Virus record (IMG/VR): IMGVR_UViG_3300043429_000249
Coordinates: 4,024 to 68,023 of that record
Length of the DNA: 64,000 nucleotides
Direction: 5' to 3' (one strand)
From: a virus
Within the stretch, counting starts at the first letter, position 1, and each line of letters opens with the position of its first letter. Shown piece by piece: positions 48,289 to 57,690 of the stretch. The notes under the pieces were generated by a model that saw only the letters and a list, made by a program, of their open reading frames with translations, was not told where the DNA came from and made no database searches. Both the position numbers and the translations under genes were made by a program.

Positions 48289-48573
48289 TTACTTCTTGAA
48301 GCCTTTCAGCACCTGTGCAAACCGGGCACGCTGGCCCAACTTACCGGGAGCCTTAGCGGCCTTAGCGAGCTTCTTAGCCGGGATCGGTTCACCCTTTTTG
48401 GCCCCAAGAGCCGAGCGCAGCGCACCCGGCTTCTTGATCGCCTTGCTAATCCACTTCGTGCTGCCACCCTTGGCGTATTCGGTGACGACGTTCGGGTTAT
48501 CCTTGCGGACGACCTTCTTGCCCTTGGGCATCTTCGACGCCTTCATGTCACCCATGCCACGGCAGGCACGCAT
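48289..48573 (-). CDS. small basic (DNA-condensing?) protein
   Basis: YAKGG; WISKAIKKPGALR. Confidence 0.75.
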   Translation of the reverse strand: MRACRGMGDMKASKMPKGKKVVRKDNPNVVTEYAKGGSTKWISKAIKKPGALRSALGAKKGEPIPAKKLAKAAKAPGKLGQRARFAQVLKGFKK

Positions 48574-48899
48574 TACTTAGCGCCTTTGCAGCGGGTCTTG
48601 CCCTTCATGGCAATACCGTCGATGGAGCCGCCCTTGGCGTAGCACTTGCCGCCACCTGCCATCTTCGGCATCATCGCCTTGGTCTTACCCTTCTTGGCAA
48701 TACCATTGGCCGACGAACGGAACGAACCCCCCTTAGCCATCTTCTTCATCGAAGCGCCTTCACCCTTTTCGCCGCGTTGGACGCTATCGGGACGACCCTT
48801 AGCCATGGCTTCACGGTCCTTTTGCATAGACGTGAACATGTCACGAGCCTGCTTGTTGCTGGCTTTCGGGAGTTCTTTTGTACCTTTGTATGCGGGCAT
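48573..48899 (-). CDS. small basic protein with AxGG repeats
   Basis: MAKGG/MAGGG/YAKGG; GIA.KGKT twice; start revised. Confidence 0.7.
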   Translation of the reverse strand: MPAYKGTKELPKASNKQARDMFTSMQKDREAMAKGRPDSVQRGEKGEGASMKKMAKGGSFRSSANGIAKKGKTKAMMPKMAGGGKCYAKGGSIDGIAMKGKTRCKGAK

Positions 48900-48903
48900 G
48901 ACG

Positions 48904-49170
48904 TTAACCTTTCTTTCCGATCTCATCGAGCTTGGCCTCAAGGCGCTCGAAAGCCTTATCAAAACGCTCACCTAACTTATCGACCGTTACGTTCATCTCC
49001 GCACGGGTGACGTGGTCGCGGGCAATCTCTTCGCGCGTCTTATTAAGCAGGATACCGAGGCGATCTACCTCCCCGAACCGGCTGTCGATATGATCTAGCT
49101 TACCCTTCGCCATGAAGCCGATAAGCCCGACGATAGCGCTGAGGATAACGTTCCACACTAACATTTCCAT
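48904..49170 (-). CDS. membrane-anchored coiled-coil protein
   Basis: N-terminal TM segment then heptads. Confidence 0.7.
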   Translation of the reverse strand: MEMLVWNVILSAIVGLIGFMAKGKLDHIDSRFGEVDRLGILLNKTREEIARDHVTRAEMNVTVDKLGERFDKAFERLEAKLDEIGKKG

Positions 49171-49587
49171 TTAGCAGTTCCACGCTTTAAAATACTCGTC
49201 CCATTCCGGCGCATCTTTACTTGCGTACAAGTACTGCGCCGCAAACTCTAACAAGACTGGGTCATCGCGGAAATGCCCAAGACCCCTGTTACAGTGGTTA
49301 CATAACATACCCCGGATCGCCCCGGTACTATGGTCATGGTCTACAACGAGGTTTTCTTCCGAACCGCATATAACACACTCTGTAGTGGAAGCCTTAAGCT
49401 CTTTAAGGTCCTCGTCACTAATTACGTCACGGAACTTACCCCGTGCGATCTCGTTACGGTACGTAGACCGGCAGGAGCGACACCAACTATCAAAACCTGA
49501 CTTAGTACGGTTATGCGGCGGGAAATGTTCCGCGTTGAGCGGTTTATCCGTGCGGCATCGGGTGCAAGTTTTGGTAAGCACGATCAT
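49171..49587 (-). CDS. endonuclease VII-like (His-Me) endonuclease
   Basis: CVICG...VDHDH...RGMLCNHCNRGLG. Confidence 0.85.
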   Translation of the reverse strand: MIVLTKTCTRCRTDKPLNAEHFPPHNRTKSGFDSWCRSCRSTYRNEIARGKFRDVISDEDLKELKASTTECVICGSEENLVVDHDHSTGAIRGMLCNHCNRGLGHFRDDPVLLEFAAQYLYASKDAPEWDEYFKAWNC

Positions 49588-49588
49588 A

Positions 49589-49849
49589 TCAACAATCCCA
49601 CTTTCGCAACGACAGCGCCTTACGGGTCGGGCGCCCCTTTTCGTCCTTCATAGGACCGGGCATACCAGACATTCTGGCGCAGAAGCTCTTCCGACGCGCC
49701 GCAGCTTTGGGTGACTTCTTGGCCTGTTTAGAGGAGACTGGCGGTTTCAGGTTCATCCCCTGCTTCTTCGCAGACGCGCGGCCCTTAGCGTTCAGGCCAC
49801 CCTTAGGGTTTTTACCTTCCTTGCGGGTCCATGCAGGGGATTTAGCCAT
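49589..49849 (-). CDS. small basic protein (DUF6321-like)
   Basis: GGLNAKGR, RRKSFCARM, LRKWDC. Confidence 0.75.
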   Translation of the reverse strand: MAKSPAWTRKEGKNPKGGLNAKGRASAKKQGMNLKPPVSSKQAKKSPKAAARRKSFCARMSGMPGPMKDEKGRPTRKALSLRKWDC

Positions 49850-50022
49850 TAGACAAACCGCCCTTTCGTCTTACCCTTGGTGGCGCAGCCGTCAGCGCGA
49901 GCCGAAGCGGAGCCACCCTTGGCGAGCTTGGTAAGAGGCTTACCCTTATGCTTAGCACGCTCGTGCTTGTGCACAGCGGAGGCGATCATAGCCTTATCCT
50001 GCTTGATGTCTGACTTATCCAT
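49849..50022 (-). CDS. 57-aa basic peptide (not in the ORF track)
   Basis: MDKSDIKQDK...LAKGGSASARADGCATKGKTKG; SD AGGAGG. Confidence 0.65.
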   Translation of the reverse strand: MDKSDIKQDKAMIASAVHKHERAKHKGKPLTKLAKGGSASARADGCATKGKTKGRFV

Positions 50023-50756
50023 TATGCAGCCTCCTTCTTGGGCACGATCATCGGGTAGAGGACGTCGTTGCCGAAATTACCGACGTATTCCTGAACGCCC
50101 ATGTGGCCGAGCGTGATCGACGGATCGACCCACACTTCAAAGCCCGCATCACGGACGCGATCACAGAAGAGAAAGTCTTCCCCGATATAACCTTCCTCGG
50201 TCAACTCGAAGTCGAAGAGGCAGGGGACAACGCGGTCACTACGCTTATCGTAGTATTTCCACTCGGGGTGAAGTTCGGTCAGGGTCACGAATACTTCGCG
50301 CCGGACCAGCATGAAGGCGGTAGCAACGCGCTCAGCGCGGACCAGACCCATGCGATTCATGGTAAGTTCTTGGTTTTCGTCGTAGTCGAGGTTGGCGATG
50401 TACACCTTGTCCTCGCTACGCGTGCGCGGCACTGCGGCGACAATACCCTTCTTGGGGTCCGACCCCCACGCCATAAGGCGCAGGATATCATCCGGTTCGA
50501 AGTTGATGTCGCTGTCTACGAACAGCAGGTAGTCGCATGTGGACTCCAGCATGTCTTGAGCAAGCAGGTTACGCGCACGCGAGACGACGGAGCAGCCACA
50601 GATACTACCGATCTGGATGTCGATCCCGTGCTTTGGTGCGGCCTGCGCAAACCGGGCAAGGGAAATCGCCAGCTTCAAGGAGACCTTGAAGTCGTAGGCG
50701 GGAAGAGCGATGAAGATGCTCTTACCCGCTAGATCGTAGCTCTGTTCGTTCTGCAT
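50022..50756 (-). CDS. GT-A fold glycosyltransferase-like protein in the virion operon
   Basis: ALPAY, SRARN, FVDSD, ATAFML, GEDFLFC. Confidence 0.8.
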   Translation of the reverse strand: MQNEQSYDLAGKSIFIALPAYDFKVSLKLAISLARFAQAAPKHGIDIQIGSICGCSVVSRARNLLAQDMLESTCDYLLFVDSDINFEPDDILRLMAWGSDPKKGIVAAVPRTRSEDKVYIANLDYDENQELTMNRMGLVRAERVATAFMLVRREVFVTLTELHPEWKYYDKRSDRVVPCLFDFELTEEGYIGEDFLFCDRVRDAGFEVWVDPSITLGHMGVQEYVGNFGNDVLYPMIVPKKEAA

Positions 50757-50759
50757 ATA

Positions 50760-51068
50760 TCACCCATAGAAAATGACGGTTGACGCCGTGTTCGTCACAG
50801 TAGCGTACAAACCATTTTCCGCAAGGATGCCCTGATCCGGTACAAGGAAGTACAACGAACCAGCATTCGCAGCCGTGGGGGTGTTGACTGTCAGAAGCGT
50901 GTTGCCACCATTACCATCGGTAATAACCACCGAACCCGCCGAAGCACCGCACACGGCGTAAATAGCCTTGATGCGGGTACGGAAGGTGCAGTCAGCATTG
51001 CTCTGGGTCTTGAAGACACCAGTAGCTGCCAGCGGCTGGGTGGATTTGACGTCAGTTTGCATAGCCAT
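50760..51068 (-). CDS. small virion (decoration-like) protein
   Basis: MQTDVK...IFYG. Confidence 0.7.
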   Translation of the reverse strand: MAMQTDVKSTQPLAATGVFKTQSNADCTFRTRIKAIYAVCGASAGSVVITDGNGGNTLLTVNTPTAANAGSLYFLVPDQGILAENGLYATVTNTASTVIFYG

Positions 51069-51091
51069 AGGAAGGCCCTCCTATTGAGCTA

Positions 51092-51457
51092 TTAGGCTGC
51101 GCCAAAAACGATAACGCTGTAAGTAGCCGCAGCGGGGTCAATCGGGCTTGCGGTGATGTTCGACGCACGGATCGTAACCGTGTCAGTAGCCGACACAAAA
51201 GCGTTGAACACGATGCCCGCAGTCGGAGCAGCGGGGAGACCCAGCATAACTTCGTCGTTCACAGCAGCACCAGTGACCGTGATGGTCAGGTCAGCCTGCG
51301 AAACCGCCGAGATCGACGGGAAGTTCAGCGAAGCTGAAGCAGTGCGGATTTTGGTGATCGAAGCACCGGGGGTAACCGTGCCGGTTGTCGGGTTAACAGT
51401 CGGAACGTTGAAGCCGTTCTGCGAACCTACGGGACCCGAAAAAGTAGTCTGCGCCAT
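51092..51457 (-). CDS. capsid decoration / fibre-like protein
   Basis: MAQTTFSGPVGSQNGF N-terminus. Confidence 0.7.
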   Translation of the reverse strand: MAQTTFSGPVGSQNGFNVPTVNPTTGTVTPGASITKIRTASASLNFPSISAVSQADLTITVTGAAVNDEVMLGLPAAPTAGIVFNAFVSATDTVTIRASNITASPIDPAAATYSVIVFGAA

Positions 51458-51470
51458 AATTTATCTCCGT

Positions 51471-51539
51471 GTAGCAGCACATCCCCACACCGTCTCTGCT
51501 ACGTCTGCTAGGTCAGTCGGTGCGGGTATAATCCCTAGG
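51471..51539 (-). ncRNA. candidate double-pseudoknot cis RNA element
   Basis: Three crossing helices; a G-U pair supports the minus strand. Confidence 0.5.
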
Positions 51540-51557
51540 TGAGTAGGTATATCACTT

Positions 51558-51594
51558 AAAAGAAAAGAGGGGAAGTAGTTTCCCACTCCCCCTC
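51558..51594 (-). terminator. intrinsic terminator after the major capsid gene
   Basis: GC-rich hairpin followed by TTTTCTTTT on the minus strand. Confidence 0.75.
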
Positions 51595-51606
51595 CCCCCT
51601 GTTTCC

Positions 51607-52518
51607 TTAGGCAGCGCCTTCGGAACCGTACATGCCCAGCGGGTCCGACCAGCCGAAGCTGTAACGTTCGCGGGCCTTGTAACGGACGTTGCCCGTATCG
51701 AAGTCACCGTCCATGCTCGTAGCCATCGGCGTACGAACAAAGTGCTTCAGACCATTTGGCACGTCGGTGGTCAGGAACCACGCATCCGTGTCGGTCAAGA
51801 AGTGGTTGACGGCGTAGCCTTCCGGGATCGAGCCGTTCGACTTCAGCGCGTTGATGTCGTTATCGGCAGTCGAAACGCGAAGTTCGGTTTCGAGCAGTCG
51901 AGTAGCAACGAACATCAGGCTCGGCGGAATGACCAACTTCTTCGGCTTAGCTGCAATCAGCAGGCCGCGTTCATCCGTCCACGCAGCGATCTGAATGACA
52001 GCCGCTTCAAGCGACGTTTCGTTCAGGTCCGCAGCAGTGCTGGGGATGTTTGAGTTGGTGCCACCGGAGACCAGCGGGTGCGAAGCCGAGAACAGCGGTT
52101 GACCGTCGCCACCGGGGAAATCGGTGTCGAAGCCGTTGTTCAGGACAGCAGCAGCCTTGGTCTGCTTGGTGTACGCCATGGCGCGGGCCAGAGCCTTCGT
52201 ATAACGCGACGACAGCGAGTCGTAGAGGTTATCTTCGATGGCTTCTTCCGTGAGCGAAAACCCGAGGGCAATCGTTTCATGGTTGTAGCGAGCCGTGAAG
52301 ACTTCCTGCGCGTTATCGTAAGCGATAGCCGAACCTTCGTTCTTAACCGGAGCAGCGGAGAAGCCCGACAGCTTGGTTTCTTCTTCGAACGAACGCTCAG
52401 AAGTCTCCGTTTCGAAGATTTCTTTGTGCTCTTCGCCGTAGCGGGCGTATTCCAGACCGAACAGGGCGTTCAGACCGGGCAGAAGCTCCTTAAGGAGTTG
52501 TGCGCGTGAAATTGCCAT
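51607..52518 (-). CDS. major capsid protein
   Basis: MAISRAQLLKELLPGLNALFG...YKARERYSFG; followed by a terminator. Confidence 0.88.
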   Translation of the reverse strand: MAISRAQLLKELLPGLNALFGLEYARYGEEHKEIFETETSERSFEEETKLSGFSAAPVKNEGSAIAYDNAQEVFTARYNHETIALGFSLTEEAIEDNLYDSLSSRYTKALARAMAYTKQTKAAAVLNNGFDTDFPGGDGQPLFSASHPLVSGGTNSNIPSTAADLNETSLEAAVIQIAAWTDERGLLIAAKPKKLVIPPSLMFVATRLLETELRVSTADNDINALKSNGSIPEGYAVNHFLTDTDAWFLTTDVPNGLKHFVRTPMATSMDGDFDTGNVRYKARERYSFGWSDPLGMYGSEGAA

Positions 52519-52530
52519 TATTCAGTCTCC

Positions 52531-53130
52531 TTACACGCCAGTGGGGTTGAGGTACTGGTGCATACCCTGATTCCACTTGACGATAACTTCGGTGTAAGAA
52601 CCGGGGTTACCAGCCGTTGCGGTTTCAGGAATGACGTCAACGACACGGACCGGCCACGTGGAAGTGGTGTTGGTCGTCGCGCTGACTGCGACCTGCGAGT
52701 TACCGGTGATGGTCGAACCCGAGTTCTGAACCAGAACAGCGTTGTTACCGACCGAAGTGCGGTTGACGTAGCTGATGGTCGTACCCGAAGAAACGACAGC
52801 AACCTTGTACAGAGCATCCGGGTCGTCCTGCACATAGGCAACGACGTCGGAGATGTTCGTGGTACCGGGATAATATTGACGGAACGTCTTGCCGAACACC
52901 GGATCGGTGTACGAGCAGCCGAGGAACACGCCAACGGGAGTAGCAGCGTTCGTGCCGGTGTCCTTGTCCAGAGTACCGCCGCTGTTCAGCTTCACGACGT
53001 CACCGTAGTAGATGGCCGTCGAGGAGTTGGTAGCAATCGGAATCTGGCGAGTGGCACCAGCAAAAACCTGCCCGCCGATCAGATTGATCGGAATCAGCCC
53101 GTAGGGGGCCGAAACAGAAGGATATGCCAT
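52531..53130 (-). CDS. capsid-associated protein
   Basis: APYGL.P, GVFLGC.YTDP, DDPD. Confidence 0.7.
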   Translation of the reverse strand: MAYPSVSAPYGLIPINLIGGQVFAGATRQIPIATNSSTAIYYGDVVKLNSGGTLDKDTGTNAATPVGVFLGCSYTDPVFGKTFRQYYPGTTNISDVVAYVQDDPDALYKVAVVSSGTTISYVNRTSVGNNAVLVQNSGSTITGNSQVAVSATTNTTSTWPVRVVDVIPETATAGNPGSYTEVIVKWNQGMHQYLNPTGV

Positions 53131-53147
53131 GTTAATAAGCTCCTAGC

Positions 53148-53597
53148 TTACCTGCCTTTGCCAAATGATGTCGAAGACTTCTTTTCGCGGAAAAGAGGCA
53201 TCCGAGCATCGCTTTCACGCATGAAGTTGTTGTCCACGGATTCCATCTGGGACTGATTTTTCCGCGCAAAATATTCTTTACGCTGCTTCATCAGTTCATT
53301 TGGTGCCTTGCACAGCAACAGACCTGCGACTTCGATGTTGTCCTTAAAGCGGCTATCCGGGTCTACGAGCATACGAAATTTCGGCTGCTCTTCGATCCGA
53401 ACCGGCTCCCAACCTTCCCGGAGTTTGGCCGAGATATTGCGGGGGTCGGACTGGCCCAAGGTCGTAACGCGAACCCAACGGTATGCGTAGCCGGGTTGCT
53501 TGTCAGGTTCGGGCAGGGTCGAAGCCGGTTGCCAAACCTTCGGGCGCTCTTGTTCTACGCGGGTATCCAGTTCGCGGGTGAGACGTGTTTCTGCCAT
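53148..53597 (-). CDS. conserved head-module protein
   Basis: YRWVR, REGWEPV, GLLLCK. Confidence 0.7.
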   Translation of the reverse strand: MAETRLTRELDTRVEQERPKVWQPASTLPEPDKQPGYAYRWVRVTTLGQSDPRNISAKLREGWEPVRIEEQPKFRMLVDPDSRFKDNIEVAGLLLCKAPNELMKQRKEYFARKNQSQMESVDNNFMRESDARMPLFREKKSSTSFGKGR

Positions 53598-53598
53598 C

Positions 53599-54552
53599 TT
53601 AACGCTCCATCTTCATAAGTTCACGAGCATACTGCTCGGGGGTAAGACCCAGTTTTTTGGCGATTGCCACTTGGGACTGCTTGAGTACGATCTTTTTGGA
53701 GGATGTACTGCGGGAAGCGGGTGCGACTACGTTAGCAGGCTTAGCCTCTGCGCGATCCGGTTTGTCGGTGTTCGCTTTGTCATCCCCGAAATATTCCGGG
53801 AAACGACGGCGCATCGTTGTGTCGATAGCGCTCCAATATTCGTCGGAACCCACAAACTGCGGGCCACGTTCGCGTTCGAGCTTCTGGTGAAGCCCAAGAG
53901 CAGATGCTGTCATCTCCGGGTCCGTACCCCACCACGTATTGCGCTCTTGCCACGCTTGCGTTTTGGCGTCCGGCTGCGGAACAGCTACCTGCTGTTGTGG
54001 TACTTCTACCTCAGTAGGAGTAGGTTGTAAAGTAGGACGGTAGGTAGAGACCTGCTGTAGTTTGTACTGTGCAGCATTCAGCTTCTCCTGCGCTTCCAAA
54101 ACACGGTCGGTGTCGCCAGCTTCGTAAGCATCCCGATAGGCTCGACGTGCTTCGGCCAGCTCCATTTCGGCGTTTTGTTTGACGCTCCCCACAAGGGTTT
54201 CTTCCCCCTGCGCAAGGGTTTGGCGCAGCTGTTCGGCTTCCTGACGATAGCGCTGTGCTGCGGCCAGTGCTTCCTGCTGTTCACGCAGTGCACGTTCCTT
54301 TTCGCGGCGTTCGTCGTGCCACACCTTCTTCATCTGCTTCAGGCGGACCTTAACTTTTTCGGAGTATTCCGTCAGTTCGTCCGCTTCAAGCTCTTCGACA
54401 ATCTCCTTCGGAAGCGGCTCACGGCCACGGTCCTCGGGGGGAGTGTCATCTTCAATGTCGATTTCGGGCTTGCTGCCTTCATCGGAAACAGGGGTGTTGT
54501 CATTTTCGATTTCGAAATCGAAACCGTCGTCGTTAGGCTGCGTAGCCATCAC
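53599..54552 (-). CDS. capsid scaffolding protein
   Basis: Acidic coiled coil; C-terminal AKKLGLTPEQYA. Confidence 0.75.
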   Translation of the reverse strand: MMATQPNDDGFDFEIENDNTPVSDEGSKPEIDIEDDTPPEDRGREPLPKEIVEELEADELTEYSEKVKVRLKQMKKVWHDERREKERALREQQEALAAAQRYRQEAEQLRQTLAQGEETLVGSVKQNAEMELAEARRAYRDAYEAGDTDRVLEAQEKLNAAQYKLQQVSTYRPTLQPTPTEVEVPQQQVAVPQPDAKTQAWQERNTWWGTDPEMTASALGLHQKLERERGPQFVGSDEYWSAIDTTMRRRFPEYFGDDKANTDKPDRAEAKPANVVAPASRSTSSKKIVLKQSQVAIAKKLGLTPEQYARELMKMER

Positions 54553-54582
54553 TCTTCTCCTTTGTACGGGTTACTGCCCGTT

Positions 54583-55023
54583 TCAGCCTCGGCTAATGCC
54601 TCGGGGGTCTTCCACAACAGCTTCAACGCTATCGTCGTTGATAATACGGAACTCGCGGCCATGGATTTTGACGCGGCTACCGGCATGTGGGCGGGTCAAG
54701 ATGAAGTCGCCTTCCTTGCACCACGGGCCACTCGGGAACCGCTTTTCGTCCTTGAACGCGTCCGGGCCGATCTTGATGACGAACAGCACCGGGGTGGTCA
54801 GCTCTTCGAACTTCATCGTTTCGTCGGCCTTGAAGATACCGCCAGCCGTCTTGTCTTCGACTTCGGGGATACCGCACAGAATGCGATAGCCGGACGGGTC
54901 GGGAAGCTGCTTGGCACGATCTTCAATAGGGACTTCGGGTTCTTTGGGGTTAGCCGTAATAGGCTTACCGGCGACATTAACGAGCGCAGGTTTGGCTGCG
55001 CCAATGATCTCAGTCATCGTCAT
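54583..55023 (-). CDS. groES: GroES-like co-chaperonin
   Basis: PSGYRIL, KTAGGI, GPWCKEGD, RIINDD. Confidence 0.85.
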   Translation of the reverse strand: MTMTEIIGAAKPALVNVAGKPITANPKEPEVPIEDRAKQLPDPSGYRILCGIPEVEDKTAGGIFKADETMKFEELTTPVLFVIKIGPDAFKDEKRFPSGPWCKEGDFILTRPHAGSRVKIHGREFRIINDDSVEAVVEDPRGISRG

Positions 55024-55204
55024 GTTCCATACGTTGTGCGGTCTCCTGAAGGATACCGTTTACCACCATCAACCCACGGATAATCCCGCAGGCATACTTG
55101 TACTCGCCATGGTCTTTGGCGGTACCTCGGGCGAGGTCTTCGCTAATCACGTCGATCTCGCCCTGTACCTTGCTTGATAGGTACTGGAGCAGGTCACTAC
55201 TCAT
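55010..55204 (-). CDS. hypothetical protein
   Basis: YKYACGIIRGL; coupled ORF. Confidence 0.7.
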   Translation of the reverse strand: MSSDLLQYLSSKVQGEIDVISEDLARGTAKDHGEYKYACGIIRGLMVVNGILQETAQRMEHDDD

Positions 55205-57690
55205 TCACTCTCCTTAGGTCGCTTGGTTTCAGAAACAGAGGGGTTTGAAGCCATAGAGGCGGCTTCCTTGGCGACCTGCACACCAACGCGCAGGCCTTCA
55301 AGCTCTTGCTGTGCGTCCAACTGAGCCTTGGACGTTGAAATCTTCGCGCCGACCTGAAGACCGGCAATTTCCTTTTGCGCTTCGATGCGCTTGTCTTCCA
55401 GCTCAAGCCGATCCGCTTTTTCGGAGGCTTCGATCTGGAGCTTCTTCTCCTTAAGCTCGACTTCCCGCTGCTTGAGCTGGAGTTCCTGCATCTGCATCTG
55501 AACAATGGGGTCTTGGGCCATTTGTTCGTTCTGCTGCTGTTGCGCTTCGGCTTGGTTCTTCTGGAAGAGCTGCTGACCAGCGGCGGCAACCAGACGCGAA
55601 ATTGCCAGCTCCGTGCTTTCATCCATATCGGTGTCGGGTGCGGGCAACGGCATACCAGCCTGCTCTTCGATCTGGCGACGGTATTCAAACGCCAAGTGTT
55701 CAGCTATGTGCGCCTGCATAGCCGCCATCATAGCCTGTGCGTTCGGATTCTGGCCCATAAGCTGCGCAATCTTGGGGTCATTCATTGCGCTAGTGTGCGC
55801 CACGATATGCGCCTCATGGTCCTGATACAGGAACGCCTTCACCGGCTTACCATTGATGACATCCATATTTTCGCTGACCGGATCACGCGGCTTCATATCG
55901 TCGTCGTCCTTGAGCGGAACGAGCTTTTCAGCGTTCTTGATACCCAAGACCTCAAGCATCTGCCGATGCAGGTAAGGCAAGTCGTACAGCTGCGGCGCAC
56001 CCTGCGCCAACTGCATGACAGCCTGATACTGGACGATCTTCTGCGCCATTGTGGCAGCATTTGGGTCCGAAACGGGGATAACATCGACGCTATCGTAGTC
56101 AGACTTCTTGGCCTTGGCAGACCCTTCTTCCGGCTCGTAGCTATACGTCGCTGGCGTATAGTCAGCGATAATAGCCTTCAGGAGGCGGAACTCCTGCTTC
56201 ATCGAATAGTGGACGCGAGCCTGCACAGCCGACATCACCTTCAGCGTGCGCTCAAGGATCGCCAGCGTGGTCCCCACAGGGGCCTGTGCTGACATGTCGC
56301 TGATCTTCATATCAGCCGCAGAGGCGAAGCGACGGCCTTCCTCTACGATGGTGCCAAGGAGGCTGTAAAGAACTTGGCTCGGCTCCTTATACGGGAGCGG
56401 CATGATGTTATCACGCATCGTGCCCGAAGCCACGTCCACATCACGCCATTCAGCAGGTGCAATCGGCGTGTCGTCGCCCTTTACCCGTAGACCCTTAGTT
56501 TTGAAGCCGCCCGGTAGGTTAGATAGAGTACCAGCATCGACAAGCTGACGAATAAGGCTGGTACCAGACTTAGCAAAAGCACCGATAAGGTGAATAAGGC
56601 CAAAAGCGTAGAAGCCAAAACCCGGAACGTACGCATAATGTACGAAGTGATTGCGCTTTTGCTTCTTGTCGTCATCGGGGTTCCAGTTACGCCGGATCGA
56701 GAGGACGGTCTGCGTAGCTTTTTCAATCGTAACGACGTAGGGCAGGGCAATCCCGTCATCCTCTTTTTCGCGGTAATTGTCGTCGTCGATCACGAGATCG
56801 ACGTGCATTTCCAACAGTTTGTAGCGGTCGTCCGCTTCGGCGCGGAAACCCATCTTCTGGGCAATCGCCTTCTCGATTTCATCAAAGCTGTCAGACGGCT
56901 CGCCAAGGTCGATGTCACGGTAAAACCCAGAGGCTTGGAGCTTATGCAGTTCGTTCGGCGTCTTACGCATAACGTGCGTGACGCGCGGGCTAGTCTCCAG
57001 ACTGCTCGCACCATAGGGAACAACGAGGTCTTCCGCTGGCACGTACATCGCCGTCTGACGACCGAACGATGGGTCAAAATACACCTTCTTGAAGGCATTC
57101 CCGGCCAGACCAAGCCCCCACAGCATCCGCTCATGTTCCGGGCGATATTCGACCATCCGCTCGGTCAGCTGGTAGTTCATATCCTCTTGTACGCGCGAAG
57201 CGGCGTCCCGCTTTTCCGGCGTCTCTTTACCGATGATCTGCGTCCGTACCGGCCCTTGAGCCGGGAACGTCTCCATCATGGTTTCGGCTTGGAACTTAAC
57301 CAGCGCTTCTGACAGCAGCGGATGGTACACACCGCATGCACCGGGCCACGGCTCCGTCCGGTCTTCGACCTTCATCCCCAATAGCTCAAGGCCATCGACA
57401 TAGGTCTGAACCCAGTCCTTGCGGCTGTTAACGTCTTCTTCAAACTCGCCAAGCAGGTCACCGGCAAGCTCGGTCAGCTGACCCTCATCAAGGATATCGG
57501 CAAGATTTTCGCTAAAATCACCGTCACCGACGTCCCGACCCGGCTCGATTTCGATTTCCATGTCACCTGCACGCAGGGTCACCTCTTCCGGGTCTTCGAT
57601 CTCAATCTCCAACGCAGGTTCCATGTTCGCCATGAGGTCTTCGGGGCGAAGCCCCATAGGAGCCGGATTCAAAGCCTTGTCGATTGCCAT
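55201..57690 (-). CDS. portal protein (P22-like, C-terminal coiled-coil barrel)
   Basis: 829 aa directly after TerL; RQLVDAGTLSNLP. Confidence 0.88.
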   Translation of the reverse strand: MAIDKALNPAPMGLRPEDLMANMEPALEIEIEDPEEVTLRAGDMEIEIEPGRDVGDGDFSENLADILDEGQLTELAGDLLGEFEEDVNSRKDWVQTYVDGLELLGMKVEDRTEPWPGACGVYHPLLSEALVKFQAETMMETFPAQGPVRTQIIGKETPEKRDAASRVQEDMNYQLTERMVEYRPEHERMLWGLGLAGNAFKKVYFDPSFGRQTAMYVPAEDLVVPYGASSLETSPRVTHVMRKTPNELHKLQASGFYRDIDLGEPSDSFDEIEKAIAQKMGFRAEADDRYKLLEMHVDLVIDDDNYREKEDDGIALPYVVTIEKATQTVLSIRRNWNPDDDKKQKRNHFVHYAYVPGFGFYAFGLIHLIGAFAKSGTSLIRQLVDAGTLSNLPGGFKTKGLRVKGDDTPIAPAEWRDVDVASGTMRDNIMPLPYKEPSQVLYSLLGTIVEEGRRFASAADMKISDMSAQAPVGTTLAILERTLKVMSAVQARVHYSMKQEFRLLKAIIADYTPATYSYEPEEGSAKAKKSDYDSVDVIPVSDPNAATMAQKIVQYQAVMQLAQGAPQLYDLPYLHRQMLEVLGIKNAEKLVPLKDDDDMKPRDPVSENMDVINGKPVKAFLYQDHEAHIVAHTSAMNDPKIAQLMGQNPNAQAMMAAMQAHIAEHLAFEYRRQIEEQAGMPLPAPDTDMDESTELAISRLVAAAGQQLFQKNQAEAQQQQNEQMAQDPIVQMQMQELQLKQREVELKEKKLQIEASEKADRLELEDKRIEAQKEIAGLQVGAKISTSKAQLDAQQELEGLRVGVQVAKEAASMASNPSVSETKRPKESE

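Noticed and set aside
49171-49587. Intron-associated homing endonuclease
   Set aside because: Flanking genes are intact and abut it directly; it appears to be a common free-standing Endo VII-like gene
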